The notes beneath the pieces were generated by a model. It was not told the origin of the DNA. It worked only from the letters and a program-made list of their open reading frames with translations, and searched no databases. 59,866 nt of DNA from Candidatus Omnitrophota bacterium (GTDB lineage: Bacteria; Omnitrophota; Gorgyraeia; VGKH01), in NCBI GenBank assembly GCA_043819095.1, contig JBDRFF010000020.1, forward strand, positions 101,890-161,755, read 5' to 3'. Positions within the stretch are counted from its first letter, which is position 1. Every line of letters begins with the position of its first letter. The position numbers and the translations under genes were made by a program. Positions 7,728-17,164 of the stretch are shown here, in pieces.

Positions 7728-9331
7728 ATTTTTTCCTTTGTCCCGTTTTTAGATCCTTTGCCCGCTTTTTTCAAATGCTTTCTTGCTGACTGTAATCTTT
7801 GGGAAAATGGATCTTTTTCAAATGCTCTAGACCATTTCTTCATAGTAATCCATCCGCCAAAACGAACCAAGGCATTGCGCCAGGGCTGATACCATCTCTT
7901 CCACTCTGATTTGATATTATACAAAAAGAACAATAAAGCCGGAAACCATAAAATGTGTAAACCGATTATAAACATATATTTAAACTGATAAAACTTACCC
8001 ATAATTTTTCTAATCGCATCCTGCATCTGCTCTGCAGTTAAGGGCTCATCAGGCTCAAACAGCGGAAAATTTCCGTCGTAATACTGCCAGCCCACGTCAT
8101 CAAGCGGATAAATCCTGTTCTGCTCCTTTAACCTTTGCCTTAATCTTGTCCCGGGAAGCGGCCCTGCCAATAAAACCTGTATTGTATCAATCTTGGCTTT
8201 TTTGATAAATTCCTTAAAGCGCTTTATACGCTGGGCTACCGGCATACTGAATTTCACATCTTCTTTCATGGGATAGCCGAAGATAAACATACCGTGGACC
8301 AAAAACCTAAATTTATGGAATATCTTTGCATTGGCGATCATGTCTTCTGGGCTTAAGTGTTTGTTCATCGCCTCTAATTCTTCTTGGATAGGCGACTCAA
8401 AACCAATGGCTACTGAGTCAATACCTGCCTGGCGCATAGCAAAAAGTAATTGGGGATCTTTAGCCTTATCCAATCTTATCTGGACAGTTATATCCAGTCT
8501 TCTACCAGTACTTTTTTGATAATCCCTAAGCATATTACAGAACCTTATTGTCTCATCCCTTTGTTGTCCAAAAAGGTCATCAACGATAAAAAAATGTCTG
8601 GCATCCTTAGTTTCTGAAAGATTACTCATTAGTTCAAGCAACCGTTCAGGTGGGGCATATCTGGGTTTGCCTTTAACAGCGCAGAACTCGCAATCCATAC
8701 CGCAACCTCGTATTCTTTCAACAGGATAAATTTTAATCTTGGCGTAGCGCACTAAGGAAAAATCCGGGAGGGGAAATTTATCAAAATCTGTTATTGGGTT
8801 TCTGTCAGAGGTACGGATAATTTTTCCGTTCTCTAAATAGGCTATGCCTTTGACATCGCGCAAATTCTTTTTGCCTTCTATTGCCTCCAGGAGCTCTTTG
8901 ATGGTCTCTTCTGCCTCTCCCATAACCAGATAATCTATGCCGCAAGTTAGGCCTTCGGCAATATTATCTTCGAGGAAATGCTGGCCTCCGGCAATAGTTG
9001 TGGCTCCTTTGGATTTGTAAAACCGGGCTAATTGATAAAGCCGCGGGATAGTACTGGTGAGTCCGCCGTAGAATCCTACGACATCTGTAGGTCTTATGTT
9101 TTGTAAGAATTCGTGGTCAGCGCCGCCAGAATCAGATTTGGGCCCATATCGACGAAGATTATTTTCATCAATAACCTCAACATCCCAGTTCTCCATTTTA
9201 TTGACCACGCTAGCCACGCATACCGGACCTAAGGCCGTAGTCTTACTGGCAATAAAAGAATAAACATTAAATGCCGGATAAGCCGGCACGATAATCCTTA
9301 ATCTGTGTCTTTTTTTGGATAAGTCTAACAT
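7724..9331 (-). CDS. B12-binding-domain radical SAM protein
   Basis: RGCGMDCEFC (CxxxCxxC), N-terminal AGGQH/GEAE B12-like domain, GFES, PGT. Confidence 0.88.
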   Translation of the reverse strand: MLDLSKKRHRLRIIVPAYPAFNVYSFIASKTTALGPVCVASVVNKMENWDVEVIDENNLRRYGPKSDSGGADHEFLQNIRPTDVVGFYGGLTSTIPRLYQLARFYKSKGATTIAGGQHFLEDNIAEGLTCGIDYLVMGEAEETIKELLEAIEGKKNLRDVKGIAYLENGKIIRTSDRNPITDFDKFPLPDFSLVRYAKIKIYPVERIRGCGMDCEFCAVKGKPRYAPPERLLELMSNLSETKDARHFFIVDDLFGQQRDETIRFCNMLRDYQKSTGRRLDITVQIRLDKAKDPQLLFAMRQAGIDSVAIGFESPIQEELEAMNKHLSPEDMIANAKIFHKFRFLVHGMFIFGYPMKEDVKFSMPVAQRIKRFKEFIKKAKIDTIQVLLAGPLPGTRLRQRLKEQNRIYPLDDVGWQYYDGNFPLFEPDEPLTAEQMQDAIRKIMGKFYQFKYMFIIGLHILWFPALLFFLYNIKSEWKRWYQPWRNALVRFGGWITMKKWSRAFEKDPFSQRLQSARKHLKKAGKGSKNGTKEKI

Positions 9332-9379
9332 TCGATTATTTAGTTCTTAAGGATGTTTCCCGGTCCGTTCCCCGAATTC

Positions 9380-9584
9380 AATGAGCGCACGATTTATGGA
9401 GCGAAACGACATAAATCGTTTGCGCGAATTGATCCCCCCTTCTTGCTTTCGCCCCGAGAAATGCGAAGCATTTCCGGGACTCAGTCCTTGAAATCGCATT
9501 CGCGATTTCTAAGGGCAAGAAAGCAGGGGGGATAATTCCGACAGCAACTTATGTTCACTTTATTCCATAAGTTGCGTCGTCATT
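9380..9584. repeat. Three-hairpin element, copy B (with nested extra hairpins)
   Basis: Right arm nearly identical to copy A; central stem like copy F with a ~60 bp insert; overlaps the acr3 stop codon. Confidence 0.88.
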
Positions 9585-10665
9585 ATGCTCGAAACAGATG
9601 TTTAGTCCTCAAGCAGACCCTTACCAGCAAAAGCATAACCGGTACCTCGATTAATACGCCCACCACAGTAGCCAAGGATGCTCCTGACGAGAGCCCGAAA
9701 AGCATTGTAGAAGTAGCGATTGCCACTTCAAAATGATTGCTTGCGCCAATAAGCGCAGAAGGCGCTGCATCTCTATAGGGCAGCTTTAACCACTTCGCCA
9801 TTGCATAGGTTAAAGCAAAAATAATGCAAGTCTGGATAAAAAGCGGCACAGCGATTAAAAAAATTACCTGCGGCTGATTGATAATCAGCTCGCCTTTAAA
9901 AGAAAATAATAAAACAAGCGTAACCAGCAGCGCAGCGATAGAAACCGGAGTCAAATTATGGAGAAACCGCTCTTGGAACCATTCAAAACCTTTCTTGGCA
10001 ATAATCCATTTCCGCGTATGGTATCCTAAAAAAAGCGGCAATCCTACATAGATTACGACGGATAAAACAATCGTCTGCCAGGGAATAGGCATTCTATTGA
10101 CTCCCAACAGCCAGCTGCCTAAAGGAGCATAGAGAAATAGCATCGTAAGTGAATTAATCGCTACCATAACAAGGGTGTGCCCGTCGTTGCCTTTGGATAG
10201 ATGTCCCCAGATAAGCACCATTGCAGTGCAGGGCGCGATCCCTAATAAAATGCAGCCGGAAATATAAGACCTGTATAATTCTACCTGCTGGCCCCCTTTG
10301 ACAATCTCAAGGCCGGGAAGCCAGCCTTTAAAAAATACTCCCAAAAACAGACTCGCAATAACCAGCATAGTAAAAGGCTTGATGCACCAATTGATAATTA
10401 ATGTAAGGATAACCGGTTTGGGTGTCTTGCCTGCTTTTATGACTTCGGCGAAGTCGATCTTCACCATAATAGGATACATCATGAAAAAAAGACATATCGC
10501 TATGGGGATTGACACCTGGTAGATTGATATCTTATCTAAAGTGAGGGCTACCTGGGGAAGGAGTTTTCCCAGCAGAATACCGAAACCAATGCAACCTATA
10601 ACCCAAAGCGTCAGGTATTTTTCAAAACAACTTAATCTTAGTTCCTCGTGAATAACTTTTTCCAT
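9583..10665 (-). CDS. acr3: Acr3 family arsenite efflux transporter
   Basis: [40 protein letters not shown]; likely start ATG 10665 (alternative TTG 10689). Confidence 0.93.
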   Translation of the reverse strand: MEKVIHEELRLSCFEKYLTLWVIGCIGFGILLGKLLPQVALTLDKISIYQVSIPIAICLFFMMYPIMVKIDFAEVIKAGKTPKPVILTLIINWCIKPFTMLVIASLFLGVFFKGWLPGLEIVKGGQQVELYRSYISGCILLGIAPCTAMVLIWGHLSKGNDGHTLVMVAINSLTMLFLYAPLGSWLLGVNRMPIPWQTIVLSVVIYVGLPLFLGYHTRKWIIAKKGFEWFQERFLHNLTPVSIAALLVTLVLLFSFKGELIINQPQVIFLIAVPLFIQTCIIFALTYAMAKWLKLPYRDAAPSALIGASNHFEVAIATSTMLFGLSSGASLATVVGVLIEVPVMLLLVRVCLRTKHLFRA

Positions 10666-10703
10666 TGCCTCTTTTGGCGCGGGTTTCAATGACGAGATAA
10701 TTT
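10656..10703. repeat. Direct repeat: aroE 3'-end fragment plus element half-arm, copy 3
   Basis: 47/48 nt identical to 12486-12533; encodes [10 protein letters not shown]. Confidence 0.92.
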
Positions 10704-10714
10704 ACGGAGTCTAT

Positions 10715-12403
10715 TTACCCCAACGAATCTGCTTGTTTTTGTAATTCTAAAACTTTGGTGTATATAACTATGTTAAATTTCTTTTTTTCTATAAAGCCCT
10801 CTAGCTTATCGTCTTCTTTAACTACTGGTAAGTATTCAATATGATATCTATCCAATAACTCTCTGGCTTCGGAAGCTGAAACACTAGATGAAGTCTTAGC
10901 TATTACAGGTTCCATCAAATCGTGAGCTAAAATTAATCCGCTTAAATCCATTTGAAGGACCATCTGTTTTATACCTTCAACAGTTATAATGCCTTTTAAT
11001 TTCTTCTCTTTATTTACTACGGGATAATTTAAATTATCATTTTCGCTAAATATTCTTAAAATATCATCTAATCTCATGTTCTCATATATCAGGGGGGGAT
11101 TTTTATCCATAAAGTCTCTTACCCTACTTTGTTGGACAACATCTTCTTCTGTTATATTTAATCCTACTTCACCTGCTTTAGTGACTGCTAGTTTAACAAA
11201 AGCGGGCCCAACCATTTCAAGTATAAAAGCTGTGGCAGTAATAATTAAAACAATTGCATTTCCAATAGGCCCTGGGAAATAGTGACTGGCCAAGATAGAC
11301 AAGCCAATAGCAACGCCTGCCTGACTTAAAAGACATAAAGGAAGATATTTTCTAACCGAATTTGGTGCTTTAGAAATTCGTGCACCAATATTTGCACCTA
11401 TCGTCTTACCTGCCGTCCTTCCGATAAGATATACACAACCCAATAAAGCTATAGGTAAAGTTATATGGCTAATATTAAGTTTTGCTCCCACTAAAACGAA
11501 GAAAAGAACATATATGGGCGGTGTAAACCCCTCCACCAATTTAAACAACTCTTTGCTCTTTCTTGGCGCAAGATTAGTAACAAAAACCCCTAATGTCATA
11601 GCAGTCAGCAACATATCAATGTGTAAGGCTATAGATAATCCTGAAGCAAGAAGAACCATTCCAATTGAAAACGTTAGAAGCCGTGCTGCTTCTGAATATT
11701 TTTTTAAGAGTTTATTGAGAATTAGACCGGCTATAACACCTATTGCGATAGAGCCGCCGATTTCATATAAGGGATTAATAAAAGTCCTCAAGACACTTTC
11801 GTGGATATTTCCGGTAAGGCTGCCAGCGATACTAGCAGCTATTGCGAAAAGAAAAAGTGCTAATCCGTCATCCAGCGCAACTATACCTAATACGGTTCTA
11901 GTTAATGGGCCACGAGTCTTAAATTCCCGCAAAACCTCTGTGGTGGCTGCAGGGGCAGTAGCTGACGCAATAGCACCTAATAATAAACCGAGAGCCCAAG
12001 AAAGCCTCCAATCTTTAAATAATAATCCTCCTATAAAGCCTACAGAAATTGAAACTAGTAAAAATGCCGTAATACCTTCAAACAACAAAATATTTATGAA
12101 TTGCTTGCCGTATTTAACTAGAACATCCTTCTTTAACTCTCCTCCAATCATAAAACCGATTAATCCCAAAGCAAAATAACTCAAAGGTTGCAACGTATTT
12201 ATAATATCTTGATTTACAATTTTTAACCCCGATTCACCAATCAGGATTCCTATAGCAATATACCCTACCACTTGAGGAATCTTTAGTTTTTGAAACAAAC
12301 GACCACCTATGGTTCCGCCGAATAGCGCTATTCCCAGAAGAAATAATATATTCAAATGCGGAATTGAAATTTTAGCTACAACATAATTTAATTGTTCAAA
12401 CAT
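10715..12403 (-). CDS. Cation/proton antiporter (CPA2/Kef-like) with C-terminal CBS pair
   Basis: ~12 TM segments, ATAPAAT, ALDD, SQAGVAIGL; two CBS-like repeats. Confidence 0.88.
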   Translation of the reverse strand: MFEQLNYVVAKISIPHLNILFLLGIALFGGTIGGRLFQKLKIPQVVGYIAIGILIGESGLKIVNQDIINTLQPLSYFALGLIGFMIGGELKKDVLVKYGKQFINILLFEGITAFLLVSISVGFIGGLLFKDWRLSWALGLLLGAIASATAPAATTEVLREFKTRGPLTRTVLGIVALDDGLALFLFAIAASIAGSLTGNIHESVLRTFINPLYEIGGSIAIGVIAGLILNKLLKKYSEAARLLTFSIGMVLLASGLSIALHIDMLLTAMTLGVFVTNLAPRKSKELFKLVEGFTPPIYVLFFVLVGAKLNISHITLPIALLGCVYLIGRTAGKTIGANIGARISKAPNSVRKYLPLCLLSQAGVAIGLSILASHYFPGPIGNAIVLIITATAFILEMVGPAFVKLAVTKAGEVGLNITEEDVVQQSRVRDFMDKNPPLIYENMRLDDILRIFSENDNLNYPVVNKEKKLKGIITVEGIKQMVLQMDLSGLILAHDLMEPVIAKTSSSVSASEARELLDRYHIEYLPVVKEDDKLEGFIEKKKFNIVIYTKVLELQKQADSLG

Positions 12404-12462
12404 ATATGCTCTCCAGTATTCTCACTGACTTTTTCCTTTCCCCTGGGCCGTGTTCAGATATA

Positions 12463-12533
12463 TTATTTGAGCGCTTCGAGCAAGGCTTTTTCCATTGCCT
12501 CTTTTGGCGCGGGTTTCAATGACGATATAATTT
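12463..12533 (-). repeat. Displaced/recoded copy of the aroE 3' end plus element half-arm, copy 2
   Basis: Encodes [17 protein letters not shown] versus aro[18 protein letters not shown] (13102-13155). Confidence 0.92.
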
Positions 12534-12534
12534 G

Positions 12535-13059
12535 CTAGCCTAAAAACTTAAACAATCCGAAAGAAAAAACCAACAACGCTAATAATATAATAACCGCGCT
12601 TCTAATGATAGGGTTATAGACTATATGTTCGCTTATAATGTAAAAGAAACGGGTAACTGCCATCTTTTTATCATTCATATGTGCAACTTTATGAAATCTT
12701 TCCAATCCTTCTTCCAGCGCAATTCCCAGCATATTTCGCATTTGTATAGACGCGTATCTTCCTGCGTATCTTCTTCTCCATTCATATTTGCCGCTACAAA
12801 CAAAAGAATCTAACTCATCAATTTTTTCGTTAAGAATATTTATAGCGTATTCGATATCCGTAGGAGAACGATATATATTGTTGAATAAATCAATATACAA
12901 TTGGCGAGCATAAAGTGATCTTGAATGGATCTCATGCAATATGACCGCTGAATCATCTAAATTGTACTTTCGTTTATTAGAAGAAGTATCTTCGCAGCCT
13001 AAAGAACAAAAGAGTAAAAAAATTAAAAGTATCCCTAAACTTTTTCTCAACATCATCAT
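12535..13059 (-). CDS. Hypothetical lipoprotein with C-terminal TM helix
   Basis: Lipobox SLGC; hydrophobic C-terminus; AAGGGG RBS. Confidence 0.65.
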   Translation of the reverse strand: MMMLRKSLGILLIFLLFCSLGCEDTSSNKRKYNLDDSAVILHEIHSRSLYARQLYIDLFNNIYRSPTDIEYAINILNEKIDELDSFVCSGKYEWRRRYAGRYASIQMRNMLGIALEEGLERFHKVAHMNDKKMAVTRFFYIISEHIVYNPIIRSAVIILLALLVFSFGLFKFLG

Positions 13060-13101
13060 TTCCCCTTAGCGGCGTTGGCCGCTGTCGTTTTTTTATTTAT
13101 A

Positions 13102-14007
13102 CTACTTAATCGCCTCGAGAAGTGCTTTCCCCATCGCCTCTTTTGGCGCGGGTTTGTTCGTCCAAATCTCAAATGACGCCATGCCTTGATAAGTGAGCAT
13201 GCCTAATCCATTTGCAGTCTTGGCTCCAATATTTTTGGCAAGTTTTAATAACTTTGTTTCGGCTGGATTATAAATCAAATCATAAACAAATAAGTCCTTA
13301 TGAAGATGATTTTCTTCTATAGGAAGCGGATCGTCAGCTTTTAATCCCACGGGCGTGGCATTGATTAACAAGTCACATTTTTTTATAATTTGGGGTATCT
13401 CTTCAGTCGAAATGAATTGTAATTTATCTTCTAATAATTTTCTGAAATAATCCGAAATTTGCGAAAAATACTCTTTCGCCGAATTAATAGCTTCTGCTCG
13501 GATATCATTTACATATATTTTTTTAACTCCTAACTCTTTCCAGCTCAAACTGGCAATAACAGCTCTTCCAGCGCCTCCACATCCAATAAGAAGAACCTTT
13601 TTATTCTTTGGATCAAATTCTTCCTCTAAAGATTTTAGAAAGCCTGCAGCATCAGTATTCCAATATTCTAATTTATCGCCTTCTCTCTTTACGGTATTTA
13701 TGGCTCCAGATATTTTAACGTAATGCAACTCTGGAGACATTTGTACTGTATATTTATCATAAGGGAATTTATTTTCTAATATTTCTCTCACTTTTATCTT
13801 GTGCGGCACAGTGACATTTAATCCAAAGATTCCTTCGTTCTTTAGATTATTTAGGAAATCTGATAATCCTTCGGTCTTTACTTCAAATAATTTATATTCT
13901 GCATCGATTCCCAGCGCCTTAAACGCAGCATTATGCATACAAGGAGATAAACTATGCTTAACCGGAAATCCGATTACGCCGTAAATTTTCTTAGCCTTTT
14001 TACTCAT
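13102..14007 (-). CDS. aroE: Shikimate dehydrogenase
   Basis: HSLSP, NVTVPHK, GAINT, NTD, GCGGAGRA, NATPVG, DLIYNP, GLGML. Confidence 0.95.
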   Translation of the reverse strand: MSKKAKKIYGVIGFPVKHSLSPCMHNAAFKALGIDAEYKLFEVKTEGLSDFLNNLKNEGIFGLNVTVPHKIKVREILENKFPYDKYTVQMSPELHYVKISGAINTVKREGDKLEYWNTDAAGFLKSLEEEFDPKNKKVLLIGCGGAGRAVIASLSWKELGVKKIYVNDIRAEAINSAKEYFSQISDYFRKLLEDKLQFISTEEIPQIIKKCDLLINATPVGLKADDPLPIEENHLHKDLFVYDLIYNPAETKLLKLAKNIGAKTANGLGMLTYQGMASFEIWTNKPAPKEAMGKALLEAIK

Positions 14008-14008
14008 A

Positions 14009-15541
14009 TTATAAACTTAACAATTTGGAGTTTGCAGACTTTGAAAGGACTTTGTTGATGGCGTTTAGATAGGCCTTGGCTGATGCCTCAATAATATCAG
14101 TGCTTGCGCCCCGGCCTATGACCTCTTGCTTATTGGCCCTAATCTTGATACTTACTTCACCGAGTGCGTCTTTACCGCGGGTAACCGATTGGATAGAATA
14201 ATCCAGAAGCTCGCCTTTGACTTTTGTGATTTTATCGATTGCCTTGTAAAGCGCATCGACCGGACCGTCGCCGGATGAAGACTTTACGAAGAATTTTCCT
14301 TTTGACTTTAGTTTTACTGTCGCAGACGGAGCCGTGTGCGTGCCGCTAGCAATTTGTAAAGATGAAAGTTGCCAGATTTCCGTAACCTTGCTGAATTCAT
14401 CCTCTACGATTGAAATCAAGTCATCGTCGTAGACAGTTTTCTTCTTATCAGCCAGGTTCTTAAAATGTTTAAAGGCAGCCTGGAGTTCTTTTTCTTTTAA
14501 TTTTATGCCAAGTGAGTTTAATCTGTCTTTGAAAGCGTGGCGGCCGGAATGTTTTCCTAGGACAAGGCCTTTTCCGGTAAATCCAACATCAGACGGTTTT
14601 ATAATCTCATAGGTTGCGCGCTTCTTTAATACTCCGTCCTGATGGATTCCAGCTTCATGCCTGAATGCATTTCCGCCCACAATTGCTTTATTCGGCGCGA
14701 CCACAAAACCGGTCAGCTTACTAACCAGACGGCTGGTCTTATAAATCTCTTTTGTGTTTATGGAAGTTGAGACATCGCTAAAGATATCTTTTCTAGTTCT
14801 AATTGCCATGACAATTTCTTCCATTGATGCGTTTCCTGCGCGCTCACCGATTCCGTTTATGGTGCACTCAACTTGACGTGCGCCATTTCGTACCGCAGCG
14901 AGAGAATTTGCAACCGCGAGTCCCAAATCATTGTGACAATGCACAGAGATTATCGCCTTATCTACGCTGGGAACAACTTCCAATAATTCGTGGATTAATT
15001 CGCCAAATTCACCCGGTTCAGCGTATCCCACGGTATCAGGAATATTTATCGTGGTTGCGCCTGCTTTGATTGCAGTATCAACTACCCTAAAAAGAAAATT
15101 CTTATCTGTGCGCGATGCATCTTCCGGAGAAAACTCAATATCCTTAATCTTTTTTCTAGCATATGCGACCATTTCGCGAGTCAGACGGATAATCTCATCC
15201 TCCGCCTTCTTTAATTTATATTTCATATGTATTTTGGATGTGGCTAGAAATACGTGGATGCGGCCAGACCTCGATGGTCTAATCGCCTGATAAGCGCAAT
15301 CAATATCTTTTTTCGTGGCGCGTGCTAGGCCACAGATAGTTGCGCCTTTTATATTTGAAGCGATCTGTTTTACCGAATCAAAATCCCCTTTTGATGAAAT
15401 AGGAAATCCTGCCTCGATTACATCAACGCCAACGCGGACAAGCGCTTCAGCGATTTCAAGCTTTTCCTTTTTATTTAGGCTTGCGCCCGGAGCTTGTTCT
15501 CCGTCACGCAGAGTTGTATCGAAAATAATTATTTTACTCAT
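14009..15541 (-). CDS. leuA: 2-isopropylmalate synthase
   Basis: DTTLRDGEQ, HCHND, GERAGN, HQDG, regulatory domain GPVDA. Confidence 0.96.
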   Translation of the reverse strand: MSKIIIFDTTLRDGEQAPGASLNKKEKLEIAEALVRVGVDVIEAGFPISSKGDFDSVKQIASNIKGATICGLARATKKDIDCAYQAIRPSRSGRIHVFLATSKIHMKYKLKKAEDEIIRLTREMVAYARKKIKDIEFSPEDASRTDKNFLFRVVDTAIKAGATTINIPDTVGYAEPGEFGELIHELLEVVPSVDKAIISVHCHNDLGLAVANSLAAVRNGARQVECTINGIGERAGNASMEEIVMAIRTRKDIFSDVSTSINTKEIYKTSRLVSKLTGFVVAPNKAIVGGNAFRHEAGIHQDGVLKKRATYEIIKPSDVGFTGKGLVLGKHSGRHAFKDRLNSLGIKLKEKELQAAFKHFKNLADKKKTVYDDDLISIVEDEFSKVTEIWQLSSLQIASGTHTAPSATVKLKSKGKFFVKSSSGDGPVDALYKAIDKITKVKGELLDYSIQSVTRGKDALGEVSIKIRANKQEVIGRGASTDIIEASAKAYLNAINKVLSKSANSKLLSL

Positions 15542-15542
15542 A

Positions 15543-15566
15543 TTATTTGCGCATCCAAGGCATCAT
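15543..15566 (-). repeat. Recoded duplicate of the last 8 codons of ilvC (MMPWMRK*)
   Basis: 20/24 nt identical to 15674-15697; all four differences synonymous, including the stop. Confidence 0.85.
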
Positions 15567-15567
15567 A

Positions 15568-15678
15568 AATGAGGCCACAACTTATGGAACGATAGTGAAC
15601 ATAAGTTGTTTGACCGAATTTATCCCGAGTCCCAACATAAGCTTTTATGGGACGAGGGATCTTATTTTTTTCCTCACT
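15568..15678. repeat. Three-hairpin element, copy C (right arm degenerate)
   Basis: AATGAGGCCACAACTTATG-GAACGATAGTGAA-CATAAGTTG-TT-TGACCGAA; central CCC..GGG stem; ends CTCACT over the ilvC stop. Confidence 0.82.
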
Positions 15679-16666
15679 TACGCATCCACGGCATCATTTC
15701 GCGAAGCTGCTTTCCTACCTTTTCTATCTGATGCTCGTCGCCTTCCTTTAATAATTTATCAAAATTGGGCCTGCCGGCTTCATTTTCCTTAATCCATTCG
15801 CGGGCAAATTTGCCGGATTTAACATCTTTAAGCATCTTCTTCATAATTTTTCGAGTCTTTTCAGTAATAACCTTTGGTCCGCGAGTTAAATCTCCGTAAC
15901 AGGCAGTGTTAGAAACTCTTCGACGCATACCTGAAATTCCTGTCTCTTGAATTAAATCTGTGATAAGCTTTAGTTCGTGCAAACATTCAAAATATGCAAT
16001 CTCCGGTTGATATCCTGCTTCAATCAAAGTATCAAATCCTGCTTTGATTAGCTCGGTTACTCCGCCGCAAAGAACTGCCTGCTCGCCGAAAAGATCAGTT
16101 TCTGTCTCTTCATCAAACGTAGTTTCAATCACGCCTGCGCGAGTTGCGCGAATTGCCTTTGCATAAGCTAATGCAAATTTAAGCGCATTTCCTGATGCAT
16201 CCTGAAATACCGCAACTAGTGATGGCACGCCTTTGCCTTCTTCATACATTTTTCTTACCAAAGCACCCGGACCTTTTGGCGCGACCATAAATACATCGAC
16301 TTTCTTCGGCGGCTTTATCTGTTTAAAACGGATATTAAATCCATGAGAAAAACAAAGTGCCTTACCTTTTTTTAAATACGGCTTTATGCTTTCTTTGTAA
16401 ACCTTGGCTTGAACATGATCCTGTGTCAGAATCTGAATAATATCGGCAAGTCTGGCTGCTTCATCTGCGGCAACGGGTGAAAATCCATCTTCCTTTGCCT
16501 GTTGGTAATTTTTCGTGCCTTCAAGCTCTGAGACAACTACGTTTATGCCGCTTTCTTTCAAACACAGGCTCTGGCCGCGACCTTGAATTCCATAACCGAT
16601 TATGGCTACGGTCTTATCCTTTAATAAATCCAAATCCGCATCATTATCATAATAAATTTTTGCCAT
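15674..16666 (-). CDS. ilvC: Ketol-acid reductoisomerase
   Basis: [32 protein letters not shown]. Confidence 0.97.
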   Translation of the reverse strand: MAKIYYDNDADLDLLKDKTVAIIGYGIQGRGQSLCLKESGINVVVSELEGTKNYQQAKEDGFSPVAADEAARLADIIQILTQDHVQAKVYKESIKPYLKKGKALCFSHGFNIRFKQIKPPKKVDVFMVAPKGPGALVRKMYEEGKGVPSLVAVFQDASGNALKFALAYAKAIRATRAGVIETTFDEETETDLFGEQAVLCGGVTELIKAGFDTLIEAGYQPEIAYFECLHELKLITDLIQETGISGMRRRVSNTACYGDLTRGPKVITEKTRKIMKKMLKDVKSGKFAREWIKENEAGRPNFDKLLKEGDEHQIEKVGKQLREMMPWMRK

Positions 16667-16677
16667 ATCAACCTCAC

Positions 16678-17151
16678 TTACCTTTCTATTGCGATTCTTC
16701 CAGTTCTGACTAATTCCTTTATTCCAAAAGGCTTTAACGCCTTAAGAAACTCATTTATCTGTTCGACTTCTAACGATGCTTCAACAACAATAGAATTCTC
16801 TTTCTTTTCATCAACTGTTGCGTGATATTTTTCCAAAAGTTTCTTAATTTTCGTTCGGTCTTCTTTTTTGCAAGCTACTTTTACTAATATCAGTTCGCGG
16901 CCGAGATAATCTTTATTGGTCAAATCTACAACGCTTACCGTATCGATAAGCCGATGTAGTTGCTTAATAATCTGTTCTAAAATTTTCTCATCTTCCGCAT
17001 CAACTACGATAGTCATACGAGAAATTGAAGGATCATCAGTCTCGCCAACTGCCAAAGAAGTAATGTTATATCCTCTGGCACTAAATAGACCGGAAATTCT
17101 TGCTAATACACCGAATTTGTTTTCAACTAAAATAGAAACTGTATGCTGCAT
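16678..17151 (-). CDS. ilvN: Acetolactate synthase small subunit
   Basis: [25 protein letters not shown] domain; ELVRTG. Confidence 0.95.
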   Translation of the reverse strand: MQHTVSILVENKFGVLARISGLFSARGYNITSLAVGETDDPSISRMTIVVDAEDEKILEQIIKQLHRLIDTVSVVDLTNKDYLGRELILVKVACKKEDRTKIKKLLEKYHATVDEKKENSIVVEASLEVEQINEFLKALKPFGIKELVRTGRIAIER

Positions 17152-17164
17152 CTTATTTCCTTTT

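Noticed and set aside
9337-9352. TTA AGA ACT AAA TAA (LRTK*) beyond element B as a displaced acr3 3' end (acr3 has TTG AGG ACT AAA)
   Set aside because: Only four codons and not adjacent to the element end; compatible with chance, so not counted as a third case
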